Shown here: piece after piece, positions 41,286 through 53,572 of the stretch
Numbering within the stretch: position 1 is the stretch's first letter
Layout of the letters: each line of letters begins with the position of its first letter
Assembly (NCBI GenBank): GCA_043228905.1
Contig: JBHGNT010000121.1
Location: forward strand, 1 to 64,000
Direction: 5' to 3'
DNA: 64,000 nt
From: Azolla caroliniana
Taxonomy: Eukaryota; Plantae; Polypodiophyta
Translations under genes and position numbers: made by a program
Notes under the pieces: generated by a model
Database searches by the model: none
What the model was told of the DNA's origin: nothing
The model's input: the letters and a program-made list of their open reading frames with translations, nothing else

Positions 41286-41599
41286 TGGTCCCATAGGTCA
41301 TGTATCACTAAGTACAAGGAGCTGATCTTCCCACACCAAGTATCATATATATATATATATATATATATATCACTCAATTCAACTGAAAATGTTTCACTTT
41401 TGATCCCATAGGTCATATATCACTAAGTACAAGTAGCTGATGTTCCCACACCAAGTATCATATATCTATCTATCTATCTATATATGACCTATGGAACCAA
41501 AATTGAAACATTTTCAGTGGAATTGAGTGGTGATGATTCTTGATTATCAAAAATGTTACTCTAGATCGTTGCGATTGATTAGAGACACATTAGAGACAC

Positions 41600-41648
<49 letters not shown>

Positions 41649-41861
41649 ATACAGGTTAAATGGCTCTAGTGGTGCTTGTTACACGTTTGGCAACGAGTGT
41701 TTAGCGACTTCCTCAAATTTCTCAGTTGCAAATGTCGAAGTAAGATTCTTGTAATTTAACTATTTAGACATGAGATTTAATCATTAAACTTCATATTATC
41801 TTTGGTTTTTTATTCTCTTTCACAGTTGTGGGGATTTACCCATGTATCCAAGTATGCATAA
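36461..41861 (+). CDS. TLDc-domain (oxidation resistance, OXR-like) protein, ~327 aa; join(36461..36565,37248..37699,37868..37940,39144..39224,39312..39375,39901..39988,41655..41739,41826..41861)
   Basis: Spliced product contains GPDTSSLTAFLLSLL, LPNIVKDRHWVLLYSTAKHGISLQTLYRRS, GDFHGATFGGLL, GTNDMFVF, GANRYF, LGGGGHFALHLDEDLLNGSSGACYTFGNECL and NVELWGF. Intron phases are consistent (984 nt). The exon-2 acceptor is less certain. Confidence 0.9.
41371..41529. mobile_element. MITE-like fold-back with ~50-bp TIRs in TLDc intron 6
   Basis: CACTCAATTCAACTGAAAATGTTTCACTTTTGATCCCATAGGTCATATAT (41371-41420) is nearly the reverse complement of 41480-41529. A ~60-bp internal segment is duplicated at 41289-41350. 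No clear TSD. Confidence 0.65.
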
Positions 41862-44166
41862 GCGGGATGGATCATGATACCAACTTTTACTTTGCTGTTT
41901 TATGTATAATACTTCAAACTTCAGTCTGTAAAAAGGGATTTATGATTGAGGTTAATTGTAAATGCATTCTACATATGTGTTTCAGCAATTTAATATAAAG
42001 ATGTGTTTTCCCATACATCACCCCCATTTGACTCTATAAGAATTTTAAAAACGAGAATGATTGGTTGTATGCGCAGCCTCAAGTTTTTTACTTAAGCAGT
42101 TTTTTTTTCTTGCGAGTAATTCTTGGTGTGAATCATAGACTGATGTACAATGATTACATCCGTCTTATCATTCTTCTTGCGTTTGATAGTTTTGTGTATA
42201 TATCTTTCTTGGTCTGTCTTGTGAGGTCATTGATGTTTTTAATAGCTGGAAGATTTTGCTGGATTCTATACATAACAGATTTTCATTGGTTTCCCTTAAT
42301 TTCAAACATGTAAAAAGTTCAACATTCAGGAGCTATATATTACGAGTGAACTGGTATAAAAAGTAGTCAGAGTTGGTGGAGCAAGTAATGTTTCATCCTC
42401 AATTTAACACCAACTAGTGCCTATGCATCATGGCCTAGGTGAGTCTTTATGGGATATTTAAGTGTCACCGTGGACTTCGATGTCTTGATTAAAAATCCAA
42501 TGATGTGAGTGTTTATTGACAGTAGTACCACACACTTTGTTAACTGAATAATAAGAGTAAACATTTTGAAAGCACATCAAAAAACATTCATAGCGTACTA
42601 CTACACAACACACTGCTTCTGAACTAGATTGAATTTAAGCTTTGCCTAGAAAAAATATCCTAAAGGCACTTTCAAAATACACGAGTTGGGAAATCTCTGG
42701 AGCATTATACTATCAGCAACAAAATTTGAGCCAAGAAGATAAATCAGCACAACCATTCTGTACACATCATGAAAATCACAATATTCAAATCACATATGCA
42801 GGCATATAATGTGTAATCATCATAAACATGATGACCATTCAATCTTCTAAAACACAGGAAACTCAAAAACTACACGCTGAGTTGCGTATTGCATTTCTTT
42901 CTTGTATATATGCTCCAAATGGTAGGCCAAAATAAAATGAAATATATCAATTTACCTGTGCATTATTGTTATGATTATCGAACACATCAAATTTATCTCA
43001 GCTTCCAATATCATTGAATTATGCACAGACAAGACAATTCCCAGCAATATTTATAGGTCTAGCTCAAATTACGCTCAGCATTCTTAATTGATACACAGAT
43101 CACAAATCAGTAATCATGACATTAATGCATTGAATTGTAGCATCAGAACAGTATATTGTCCAACCATGCAAAAAGAGCCCAGCCATGAAACTAGTAGTAT
43201 GAGCTCATTCACTGTATAACTGACACTATCAAGAAACCCTGAAAGCAACTTGCATGCCTTGCATTTCTAGAACCACGTTAAACCCCGAGAACAAAATATT
43301 GAATACTAACTGAAACAATGACCCCTTCCAATGCCACCAGACAATATCCTACCACTATCTGGATTGCATCCTAAACATAACTCACAAGATTATGACAACA
43401 CAAAATTGTAGGAACACAATAGAAAACCGTCCGTAGCTGCAAATTAAATTAAAAATTAGTTACATACCAGGTGTCAGGAACCATAAGATATAACAAAACA
43501 GGCGCATCACAATACAAGGTTGTTTGTTATGATTGCATCAGACTGCAAGCAAAACTTTCTAATGGAAGTGGTTTAGGGTTATATTTACAACCATAAATCT
43601 ATGAGCACAAAACAGACGCATCACAATACAAGGTTGTTTAATGGAAGTGGTATAGGTATAACAAACAGTATATTTATCTATGAGCACAACAAGATTGTGC
43701 AAAGACATTTCATTTGAGACACCAGGTGAGTATACCTTCTTCAAATTGCAAAATTGTATTTTAAACTTGAAAACAGTTTTTTTTTTCTACATCTTTCTAA
43801 AGAGAGAGAGAGAGAGGTGAGCATCCTCAAACATAAGAAACATGACAAAATCCCATTCGTGAAAGAACACAAAAAAGGGGATGCAAGAAAGGAGAGAGAA
43901 ATAGATCATAAGAAGAAGGGAAGAGAGTTACAGAGAAAAAGGAGCATCAATGAGGAGATTTCCAAATCCACATAAAAGAGGGAGGGAGGGAGGGAGGGAG
44001 GGAAACAAGTATTGTATTGAAGAGGCAAGCAGATATGTGTAGAAGTTGCAGTAAATATCAGAAAAGGAGAAGACGAAGGGATGTAGGAACCTTGTGCGTG
44101 TAGGTAGATAAGCTCTGTAGTGTAGGTATTGAGGTTTTTTCTTCTTCTTCTTCTTCTTCTTCTTCT

Positions 44167-44694
44167 TCAAGAGGAAGTATTCTTGTCGAAAGGGATGTCT
44201 GCGTTGAGGGGAGGGATGGAACCCCAGTCGGCTTCATCCGCGGCGGGCTCCGGGGGTTCATTCAAGCTACCGAAGCCACCTCCGGCTCCACCAAATCCAC
44301 CGGCTCGGGAGGGAGGCGGGCGAGCAGAGGCCCTGTCCACGCGAATGGCCCTGCCGTCAAGGTTATGGCCCTGCAGCTTCGACAGTGCAGTCTCGGCGTC
44401 CGACTCGTTGTAGTATGTGACGAAGCCGAAGCCCCTGGATCTCCCAGTCTCCCTGTCCGTGATGATCCGCACGTCGCTCACCTCGCCGTGCACCGCGAAG
44501 GCGTCGCGCAGACCGTCCTCCGTCGTGCGGAAAGACAGACCCCCCACGAAGATCTTCGCCTCGGAGAAGGCGCGCCTCCACGACAGCATGGGCGAAGGAA
44601 CAAGGCTCTGTCGCAAAGTAGCCGGGCTAGGGCTAGGGCTAGGGTTCGATCTCAGGATTCCGTGAGACAGGCTGCGAAACAGAGCCCGCGCCAT
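44167..44694 (-). CDS. Intronless glycine-rich RRM RNA-binding protein with a likely mitochondrial transit peptide (GR-RBP/ORRM-like), 175 aa
   Basis: ATG at 44694 gives MARALFRSLSHGILRS..., an Arg/Ser-rich leader with no acidic residues. RNP2 KIFVGGLS and RNP1 RGFGFVTY are followed by a Gly-rich stretch and an acidic tail. The upstream TTG-start extension is (CT)-rich 5' UTR. Confidence 0.9.
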   Translation of the reverse strand: MARALFRSLSHGILRSNPSPSPSPATLRQSLVPSPMLSWRRAFSEAKIFVGGLSFRTTEDGLRDAFAVHGEVSDVRIITDRETGRSRGFGFVTYYNESDAETALSKLQGHNLDGRAIRVDRASARPPPSRAGGFGGAGGGFGSLNEPPEPAADEADWGSIPPLNADIPFDKNTSS

Positions 44695-45251
44695 GGCGGA
44701 GATGGTGGAGGGGAGGGAGGGGGCACAGGAGAGATGAGAGAGAGAGAGAGAAAGAAAGATGGGAACAGGGGAGGAGGAATGAAGAAGGGGGGAGAGGAGG
44801 AGAACAAACAAGAGAGGGAGGGGATCAGAGAGAGAGGTGCGTGTGTGTGTGTGTGTGTTTCTTTCCTTCTAGAAGGAGAGAGAGAGAGAGAGAGAGAGAG
44901 ATTCGTGAGTCAGGGAGGGCCAATAGTGTGTTAATAATTTCTGAGTGAGAGAGAGAGTAGAATGACTGCGTTTGGTTCTTTGAGGGGCTTTTAGGGTTTT
45001 AGAAGAAAATGTAGACAGGGGAAACATTGAAATCTTTTCCGGTTTTATTGAAATTACATGTGTACATTACTAAAAGCACACTCTTCTCTATAGAGAGAGA
45101 GAGAGACGTGAGAGGGTATAATACATATCGGGATATTTGATCGGCAACAACTTGGAGACGGGTAAGAGAGACGAGGAGCCGGTCACCTCCTCTCACTCTC
45201 TCTTGGACTTCCTACCTAAAAAAACACGCTATTCTATTGTCATCGCTTGCC

Positions 45252-45522
45252 TAGGAATTGGCAACAAATAGGCGCAAGCTTAAACCGAACTGTTAAACGG
45301 TTTAGCAGTTCAGTTTAGGCTTGACCTTCCTTAACCGGGTTGAGCTCGGTTTGGGATGGTTCAAGCCAAACTTAACCGATTTGGGCCAAACTAGTTTCCA
45401 AGCCGGTTAATGCTTGATTGGCTTGGCTAAATCGGTTTAGGAACCGGTTCGGTTTAGGTTTGGAAACTCCTAAACCGGTTTAGGCTTAACCGGTTTGGAA
45501 ACCAAACCGTTGTCAATTCCTA
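45252..45522. mobile_element. hAT-like MITE
   Basis: TIRs TAGGAATTGGCAAC / GTTGTCAATTCCTA (13/14 match) and many internal AAACCG/CGGTTT motifs. The 8-bp flanks match only partly (CGCTTGCC/CACTCTCC). Confidence 0.7.
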
Positions 45523-45562
45523 CACTCTCCCACATCTCAATCCTCTCTCTCTCTCTCTCTCT

Positions 45563-45618
45563 CTCATAGGTCATATTTGACCTCCGAATACAATAATATA
45601 ATCTATCTATCTCTCTCT
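45563..45618 (+). mobile_element. Extremely 5'-truncated copy of the LINE 3' end
   Basis: CTCATAGGTCATATTTGACCTCCGAATACAATAATATAATCT matches 22296-22337 with one mismatch and sits in (CT)n. Confidence 0.8.
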
Positions 45619-45620
45619 AT

Positions 45621-46191
45621 TGTTACGAGCATAGTCGTATGAACCGTAGGTCTCTAACCTTGAGGTTAGTATGAATGGGCTAATTCATAAGGAATAATCG
45701 AGTGTAAGGATTGAGTTGTTCTCAATCTTATGGTAGGAGATAACTTTAGAGTGTTTCATCATTTGACTGCTTCTAATGAAGGAGTAAAGAGTAAGTGGAG
45801 CCTATAAAAGAAGGGTAACTACCTTCGTGAAGGCAATCATTATATTACATGGAGATTTTGAGAGTGTGGCTAAATATTCATCCAGGATCTCTGTGGATGG
45901 GTTCTCAATCGACTGGAGTCCCCCGATGAAAGCTCGATTGCCGCTTACACCGTCGCTTCTAAGGTGCCTTCCACATCGATCGTCTTCACGGCCTTGTCTA
46001 GTTCTTTATGTGGTGGCGCATTGGCTACCCGGATGAATCCTATTACCCGTAGGAGTGTACGGGGTTGTTTAAGGGTGGAACATGATAATGTCGTTGATGT
46101 GTATGTGTAATGTATATGAGTGTGTGAGGATGAGCATGTGTATGAACACGTGCACATTTATGTGCATGTGTAACAGTCATATTATGTAACA
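45621..46191 (+). mobile_element. Probable solo or orphan LTR
   Basis: TGTTAC...GTAACA termini (end at 46175 or 46191) and CCTATAAAAG at 45801. No matching TSD. Confidence 0.4.
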
Positions 46192-46290
46192 GTTACATTT
46201 GAGGTACTAAATAAACCCCTTATGGGGTATGTAATGAATATAGATTTTTCCGCTCTCATTTTGCGACATTCTTTGTTTCTTCTCTCTCAT

Positions 46291-46350
<60 letters not shown>

Positions 46351-48053
46351 CCCCTTGGGAGGGGGTTGGATCCATTCATGGCTTCACCCCTCACCCATAA
46401 ACAAATCCTTTGAACCCGTTCTTCTGGAACCAGTCCTTTGCTTCTGATGTGAGCGCCATGGGTTCTGCATTTGGATCACTCCGGACAAGAGTTGTTTGTG
46501 CTTTGACGGTATTTTGAGTTGCTCTCACTCTATGCTCTCAAAAGTTTTCTGTCTCTAAATGAGATCCCTTCTTGCTTCCGGTATCCTTGTATGCCCATCT
46601 CTCTCTGCATCCTCTGTCCATGCGTCACCACCTATTTTTGGTTCCCACGCTTGCACGTCGTGGATAAATATAGCATGATTAGGACGTTTGATGTTCATTA
46701 AATAGCCAGTTGACATGTCTTTCAACTCTCTTCTCCATCATTGACATTTGAAATCTTGTATTTTAATTTATTTTTTTCCTCTCATACATTCAGTGTACAA
46801 CGTAATCACTTGCTGCCTCCTGCTACCGTAGATTCCTCCGACTCCGACTGGTTCTGCTGGCTTTCCGGCCCGGTGTTGCCTGGTTCCTTGCCAATAGCAT
46901 CGCCTCTCCGGATGGTCGGAGCATCCGGTTGGCCTCCGGTGTCTCCTGTCTCGGTCTCTTGGTTTTCACCGTACTGCTCCGGAATGGCCGACTCAGCCAT
47001 ATGTCTCAAGCCGGACTTGATCGGCTAATGGCAATCGACTACATCTTGAATCTCCAGTCGAAGACGGACTTCTGCGAGCATTGTCGTTACAGGAAACAGA
47101 CCCAAAGTCCGCACTCTCTCCATTACGAGACGATATGATGCAAGCACAACAACCTATATCCAGTAATGACAATCAATCTAGAGGGCACAATGAACATAGT
47201 CGAATCGCTAGATTCGAACTTATGGCATGGCCGAGCCGACCATATGTCTTAAATCGGACTTGATTGGCTAATGGTGATCGGCTACATCCTGAATCTCCAG
47301 TCGAAGATGGACTTCTGTGAGCATTTTCATTAAAGAATATAGACCCGAAGTCCACACTCTCTCCATTACGAGATGATAAGATAGCCCCTAGAACTGGTCC
47401 ACACATATATACATGGGCCGATGCCCGGAATGTCACTAGAAGGCTCCTGGTACTTCATCACATTCGTAGATGACTGTACACAGAAGATCTGGGCCTACTC
47501 GATTAGTCAAAAGATGAAGCACTCGAGGTCTTCTCTCGGTGGTTATCCGAAGTGGAGAATCGATCAGAGTAAAGACACTCTGGTTTGACAATGGAGGTGA
47601 ATACATCTCCCCAACCTTCAAACAGTACCTGCCCGACAAAGGGATCCGGCATCAAAAGAATGTGCCCTATACCCCCATACATAATAGCGTGGCGGAAAGG
47701 ATCAACCGAATGATTCAAGAGAGAGTGTCCGCAATGCTCCAACAATCCAGATTGAAGCTAGATTTATGGGCTGAAGCATTGCATATGGCAGTGTACTTGA
47801 TAATTTTGTCGCCGTCGAGAATAATACGACTTGAAGTGCCACATGCACTATGGTTAGGCAAACAACCGACCTACAACAGGCTTCGTATATTCAGATGCAA
47901 AGCCTATGCATTCATCCCCAGGGATAAAAGGACCACGTTGGCACCCCATGCACTTAAATGTATATTTCTCGGTTATGGAACCAATGGGGACTTTGGATAT
48001 CGGTTATGGGACCTAGAGAACCGTAAATTGATCTGGAGTAGTGATGTTGTCTT

Positions 48054-51000
48054 TGTCGAATACAAGTGTATAATGGACATATTCACACTATCCCTTTGTA
48101 TAGATCAAGTTTGGGCCATTTGTGTAATTAGCATAAATGGTAGTTGCCCTAAGTCGGTCACTATATATATTGACCTTGTAACCTTTTGTAAGGTTGGTTG
48201 TATTGTTGTTTTTCTATTGAATAGAAAGACTCTTTTGTGCCTCTCTCTCTCTCTCTCTCTGTGCACGATCTTAGAGACTGTCATACGCAGGTACTCAACA
48301 CGAATCGAATGCTATCAGATCTTCCGCATTGACGGCCTTTGTCTTCAACATCTGGTATCAGAGCCTGCACAGTATTCGGTCCCTCAACCCGCTGTCGGCC
48401 GTCGTCTCAGCCTGCACAACATTCGGTTTCTAGCGTCATTCGAAGAAGAGAGAAGAAGAAGAAAAACGAGGCTTGCATCTCATCGCGTTAGATCATCTTC
48501 GCTTGGAGTAAGCCAGCCGGTTGTACTCTGTTCCTTGTGATCGTAACCGCTCGAGGTGAAATCCCCTTGTGCAACATTGACACGATCGTGCTCCACTCGG
48601 TTAAACGGCATCCGAAGAGGTCATCAAACGCTGCTCGCAGCTCATTGTTACCACTCGGTGCAGATCGGTCTCAAGACAACAACCCAAATTCGTGCTTCAT
48701 CCGGCTGATCGACATTCGGGAGGATCAGTTGGATCTGTCTCTCTCGTCGCTGCAGTCACCCGAAGCAGAATCGGTCCAGACAATCGGGTTCAATAATCGG
48801 TATTTGGCATATATATTCGGAAGCGAACCGGGCTCACTCCGACTCGGCAACATTCGGGAAGACCAGTCGGTTCTGTCCCTCAAGTTACCGGAGTCAATTC
48901 GAGCAAGTTCAACAATACATATATCCGAAGCCGAACCGACTCGGGTTCAAATCCGACTAGAACGATATCGGGTGAGCCAACCGGCTGCACTCCAACAAGG
49001 TTCATAGTCAACTCCGAACCGAGCTTCGTCAACCGAAACCAAATTTGATGGCATCAACATCCGGCTCGTCAGAAATGAGTCTACGAAAGTTCGATGGATC
49101 GAACTTCAACTTCTGGAAGGAGCAAATGCAGGACTATCTCATAGTCAAGGGGCAAATCGATCCCATCGAAAATGAAGAACCTCCAGAAGGATACAAACCA
49201 ATTGAGTGGCAGAAGCTGGACAGAATCGTCCGCGCCACGATTCGGATGCACCTATCGGAATCGGTATACTTTACGGTGCAATCGTGTACGACAGCATTCG
49301 AACTGTGGAAAACACTGTCGGACACTTACGAAAAGAAGGTCGCTGCAACAAAGATGTTTCTGATCCGGCGCCTCTACAACTTGCGGATGAAAGAATCAGA
49401 TTCGGTTCAAGCACATCTCAATGAGTACGAAAGCATAAGCTCCCAAATCTCATCTCAGGGGACGGCAATCGAGGATGAACTCAGAGCAATGATACTCATG
49501 AGCAGCCTTCCCTCATCATGGGAAACTTTCGTCACAACCGTGTGCAACGCGTCAACCACGGCTGTTAAATACTCCGAAGTCACGAGCGCAATCCTGACCG
49601 AAGCAGCTCGGAGAAAGTCTTTCGCCAAAGACTCAACAGACGGCGCTTATGTAGTACAAGGTTCGACAGACCGATCGAACATACGAGGAAGAGATTCCTC
49701 ACGGCAGCCGAACAATCAGCGAAGACGGAGCCAGTCACGGGATAATCGAATCTGCAACTATTGCAAGAAACCCGGACACGTCAAAGCCGACTGCCGCGCA
49801 CTCAAGAACAAGAACGACAAGTCTCAGAAATCAGACAAGAAGAGTGGCCGGCATGAGGAGATCAATTACGTCAGCTTCTCAGCTGATGTGCTACCAAACG
49901 ACCCGAATATACTATCAATCGAAAATCCAGTCGGATCAGAAGTTCTGCTCACGACTGAAGAATCGAGCACATGGCTCTTAGATTCGGGCGCGTCATTTCA
50001 CGTGACTCCTCATCGATCCCAATTTCGGCAATATACGATCCGTCACTCCGACTCAGTTCGAGTCGGCAACTCGCAACACTGTGACATCATTGGAATCGGC
50101 ACAGTAGAGCTCAACCTTGCAAGTGGCTCTACACTTGTACTTCACAATGTCCGACATGTACCCGAGCTCTCAAGGCCATTGATCTCAGTCGGACAACTAG
50201 ATGAAGACGGCATTCGTGCCGGTTTTTCTTCGGGAGGGTGGACACTCCACAGGGGGAACCTCCTGCTTGCTAGAGGACCCAAGATACACTCACTGTATCC
50301 GTTACATGTTACGCTCAGAGAGGGTAACCTGTTTTTGGTGGATATTCCTGTGTCATCACTATGGCACAGAAGATTAGGACACCTCAGCAAGGCCGGCATT
50401 ACGCACCTATCTAGAGCCGGATACATCCCTAAACTCTCCTTCTCGGACCATCAATTCTGCGAACATTGCCAGTATGGCAAACAAGCAGCCGCATCACACC
50501 CGACATCAGCACCAAGAGAAACGAGACCTCTCGATTTAGTCCACTCGGACGTCTGTGGCCCGATGCCGCATCAGTCTCTCGGTGGTGCCTCTTACTTCGT
50601 CAGTTTTATTGACGATTCGACTCGAAAGGTGTGGGCTTATCCAATTCGCACCAAAGATCGTGTCTTCTCGATCTTCTCCGATTGGCTCGCTATGGTAGAA
50701 AATCAAACTGACCGAAAACTGAAATGCTTTTGGACCGACAATGGGGGAGAGTTCAAATCAGAAGAATTCGTCAAATTCTGCCGACAACGCGGCATCCGAC
50801 GTGAATTTACGGCACCACACAGTCCGGAGCAAAACGGGATTGCAGAACGCATGAATCGGACAATCCAAGAACGGATAGTTTCCATGCTCCAACACTCCGG
50901 ACTGTCGGATGGCTTCTGGGCAGAGGCTCTACTCACGGCAGTACACATAATCAATATGTCGCCAAGCAGACCTCTAGGACTTCAAATTCCTCAGGAACTA

Positions 51001-53572
51001 TGGATCGGCAGTAAGCCGAATTACGACAAGCTGAGGATCTTCGGATGCGAGGCATACGCCCTTATTCCGAGAGATGATCGCCGAAAACTTGCACCTCGGT
51101 CCAGGAAATGCATTTTCCTTGGATATGGATCAGACGGCAAAATGGGATACCGACTTTGGGACCCCGAACGCAGACAAATCGTTCGAAGTTCGGACGTTGT
51201 GTTCAACGAGTCGGCTATGAATCCATCAGTCGAAAAACCGATCGAAGTCCGAAGGGTAACATTTTCCGATGTGCCGACCCTTCAAGAAGGCCCCGCTCTT
51301 GACACACGGTCAGCTTCACGGGTAGCTGAACCTTACACCACCGACTCGGACAACTCCGACTCGGCACAACAGAATAATTCGCTTTCGGACCATCCGACCT
51401 CGATACCCGATGCGACCAGTGCAATCATACCTCGACGATCCGAGAGACTGTCGCAACCTCCGGAGAGGTATTCTCCTAGAATTTTCTTCACCGACGCCGG
51501 CGAACCGACGTCTTACGAAGAAGCATCGACATCTGTTGATTCAGCCACCTGGCATCTGGCGATGGAGTCGGAAATGCACTCCATTCGGGCAAACAAGACC
51601 TGGGATCTGGTCGAACCACCTAAGAATCGACGTGCTCTTCCTTGCAAGTGGGTTTATCGACTAAAAGAGACGTCTGATTCGACCACCCCAAAGTACAAGG
51701 CCAGATTAGTTGCGAAGGGCTTCCGACAAGAATATGGCGTCGACTTCGACGAGATTTTTTCACCAGTGGTGAAAATGACAACCCTTCGTTTTCTGCTCGG
51801 CGTAGTGGCAGCCGACAACTTGGAGCTGATTCAGCTAGATGTCAAAACAGCCTTCCTCCATGGTGATCTTGAAGAGGAAATTTATATGGAACAGCCAAAA
51901 GGCTTCGTGGCAACTGGCTAAGAACATCTAGTCTGCCGACTCAGGAAGAGTCTATACGGCCTCAAACAGGCACCGCGACAATGGTACAAGAAGTTCGACG
52001 ACTTCATCCAATCGATCGGCTTCTCAAAAAGCGATGAGGACCATTGTCTTTTTACCAACACAGCTCAAGATGGATCACCCATCTTCCTCATCATTTACGT
52101 GGACGACATGCTAATTTCTGGACGCCACGCGGGCGAACTTGCCGATCTCATTCGGCAACTGCGGTTGAAGTTTGCCATGAAGGACCTCGGTCCGGCACGA
52201 CACATACTTGGCATGAAGATTAGTCGGCATCGTGATAAACGACATCTTTTTTTGTCTCAGACCGACTATATCGGACGTGTCTTGGAACGCTTCAACATGC
52301 AATCAGCCAAATCTGCTTCAACCCCGCTCCCCATGAATCTTCGGCTCTCTCAGCGAGACTGCCCGACATCCGGTCCGGAGGGGGAAGATATGAAGTCGGT
52401 ACCGTATGCACCGGCAGTCGGCTCCCTTATGTACCTGATGGTCACGACACGGCCTGATATTTCTCATGCCGTAGGAGTTGTTAGCAGATTTATGCACAAT
52501 CCTGGCCGATCGCATTGGAACGCAGTCAAGCATGTGTTCAAATATCTGGCTGGCACAAAAGATCACGACATTCTTTTCGGTCCGAACTCAACCTCAGGCG
52601 TAGTCGGTTACACCGACTCGGACTTTGCCGGCTGTATAGACAGTCGGAAATCAACAACCGGATACTGCTTCAAATTCGGCAATGGAGCAATTTCGTGGAA
52701 GTCGAAACTTCAGGAGTGCACAACGACCTCAACGACCGAAGCAGAATATGTAGCTGCGTCCGACGCTGCAAAAGAAGCTTTGTGGCTCGGCCGACTGGCG
52801 CACACGTTTCGACAAGTCGACCATGACTCGGCCCCAGTTGTCTATAGCGACAGTCAAGGTGCTGTTGCCTTGTCGAAAAATCCGGTTCACCACAACGCCT
52901 CCAAACATATCGACGTTCGATATCACTTCGTTCGGGACTGCGTCATTTCAGGGAAAATCGGTCTAAAGAAAATATCCACAACCGACAATGTCGCAGATGG
53001 AATGACCAAGTGTCTTTCGGCAGACCGCTTTCGGTCCCTTCGGCATCAGATGGGCGTAACGACAAACCAGTCCGGTTAGAGCCGGACACAGCGCAGGATG
53101 GTTTCAGACAACCGACATCAGTTCCCTAATGATCGGCTTCAACTCTTCCGACCCGACCAGTCCGGTCTTCTGCCTTCGGACCCTGCCGACTCGAACAAAA
53201 CTGATATGTCCGAGAACCTAGGTTTATACCTGTAATCTTAGATAACCCATGTATACGCCCATTACGGGGGAGTGTCGAATACAAGTGTATAATGGACGTA
53301 TTCACACTATCCCTTTGTATAGATCAAGTTTGGGCCATTTGTGTAATTAGCATAAATGGTAGTTGCCCTAAGTCGGTCACTATATATATTGACCTTGTAA
53401 CCTTTTTGTAAGGTTGGTTGTATTGTTGTTTTTCTATTGAATAGAAAGACTCTTTTGTGCCTCTCTCTCTCTCTCTCTCTCTGTGCACGATCTTAGAGAC
53501 TGTCATACGCAGGTACTCAACACGAATCGAATGCTATCAGATCTTCCGCAATGACGGCCTTTGTCTTCAACA
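48054..53572 (+). mobile_element. Young full-length Ty1/copia element (copia-6)
   Basis: LTRs 48054-48350 and 53273-53572 differ by about two substitutions plus short run-length indels. TSD GTCTT at 48049-48053 and 53573-53577. PBS TGGTATCAGAGCC at 48353. PPT ACGGGGGAG. Confidence 0.98.
49048..53079 (+). pseudogene. copia-6 gag-pol, intact except for one in-frame TAA (51919-51921)
   Basis: ORFs 49045-51921 and 52099-53079 share one frame. Motifs CNYCKKPGHVKADC, WLLDSGAS, HSDVCGP, TDNGGEF, QLDVKTAFLHG, YVDDML, YTDSDFAG. Confidence 0.95.

Noticed and set aside
43490-43695. Mosaic of short direct duplications between the convergent genes
   Set aside because: Consistent with ordinary slippage or repair duplications; no periodicity or coding signal.
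44695-44811. N-terminal extension of the RRM protein
   Set aside because: TTG start in a CT-rich UTR; the ATG at 44694 gives a coherent transit peptide.
47539-49007. 333-aa and 156-aa ORFs as genes
   Set aside because: The first is host integrase reading by chance into the copia-6 LTR; the second is copia-6 leader sequence.
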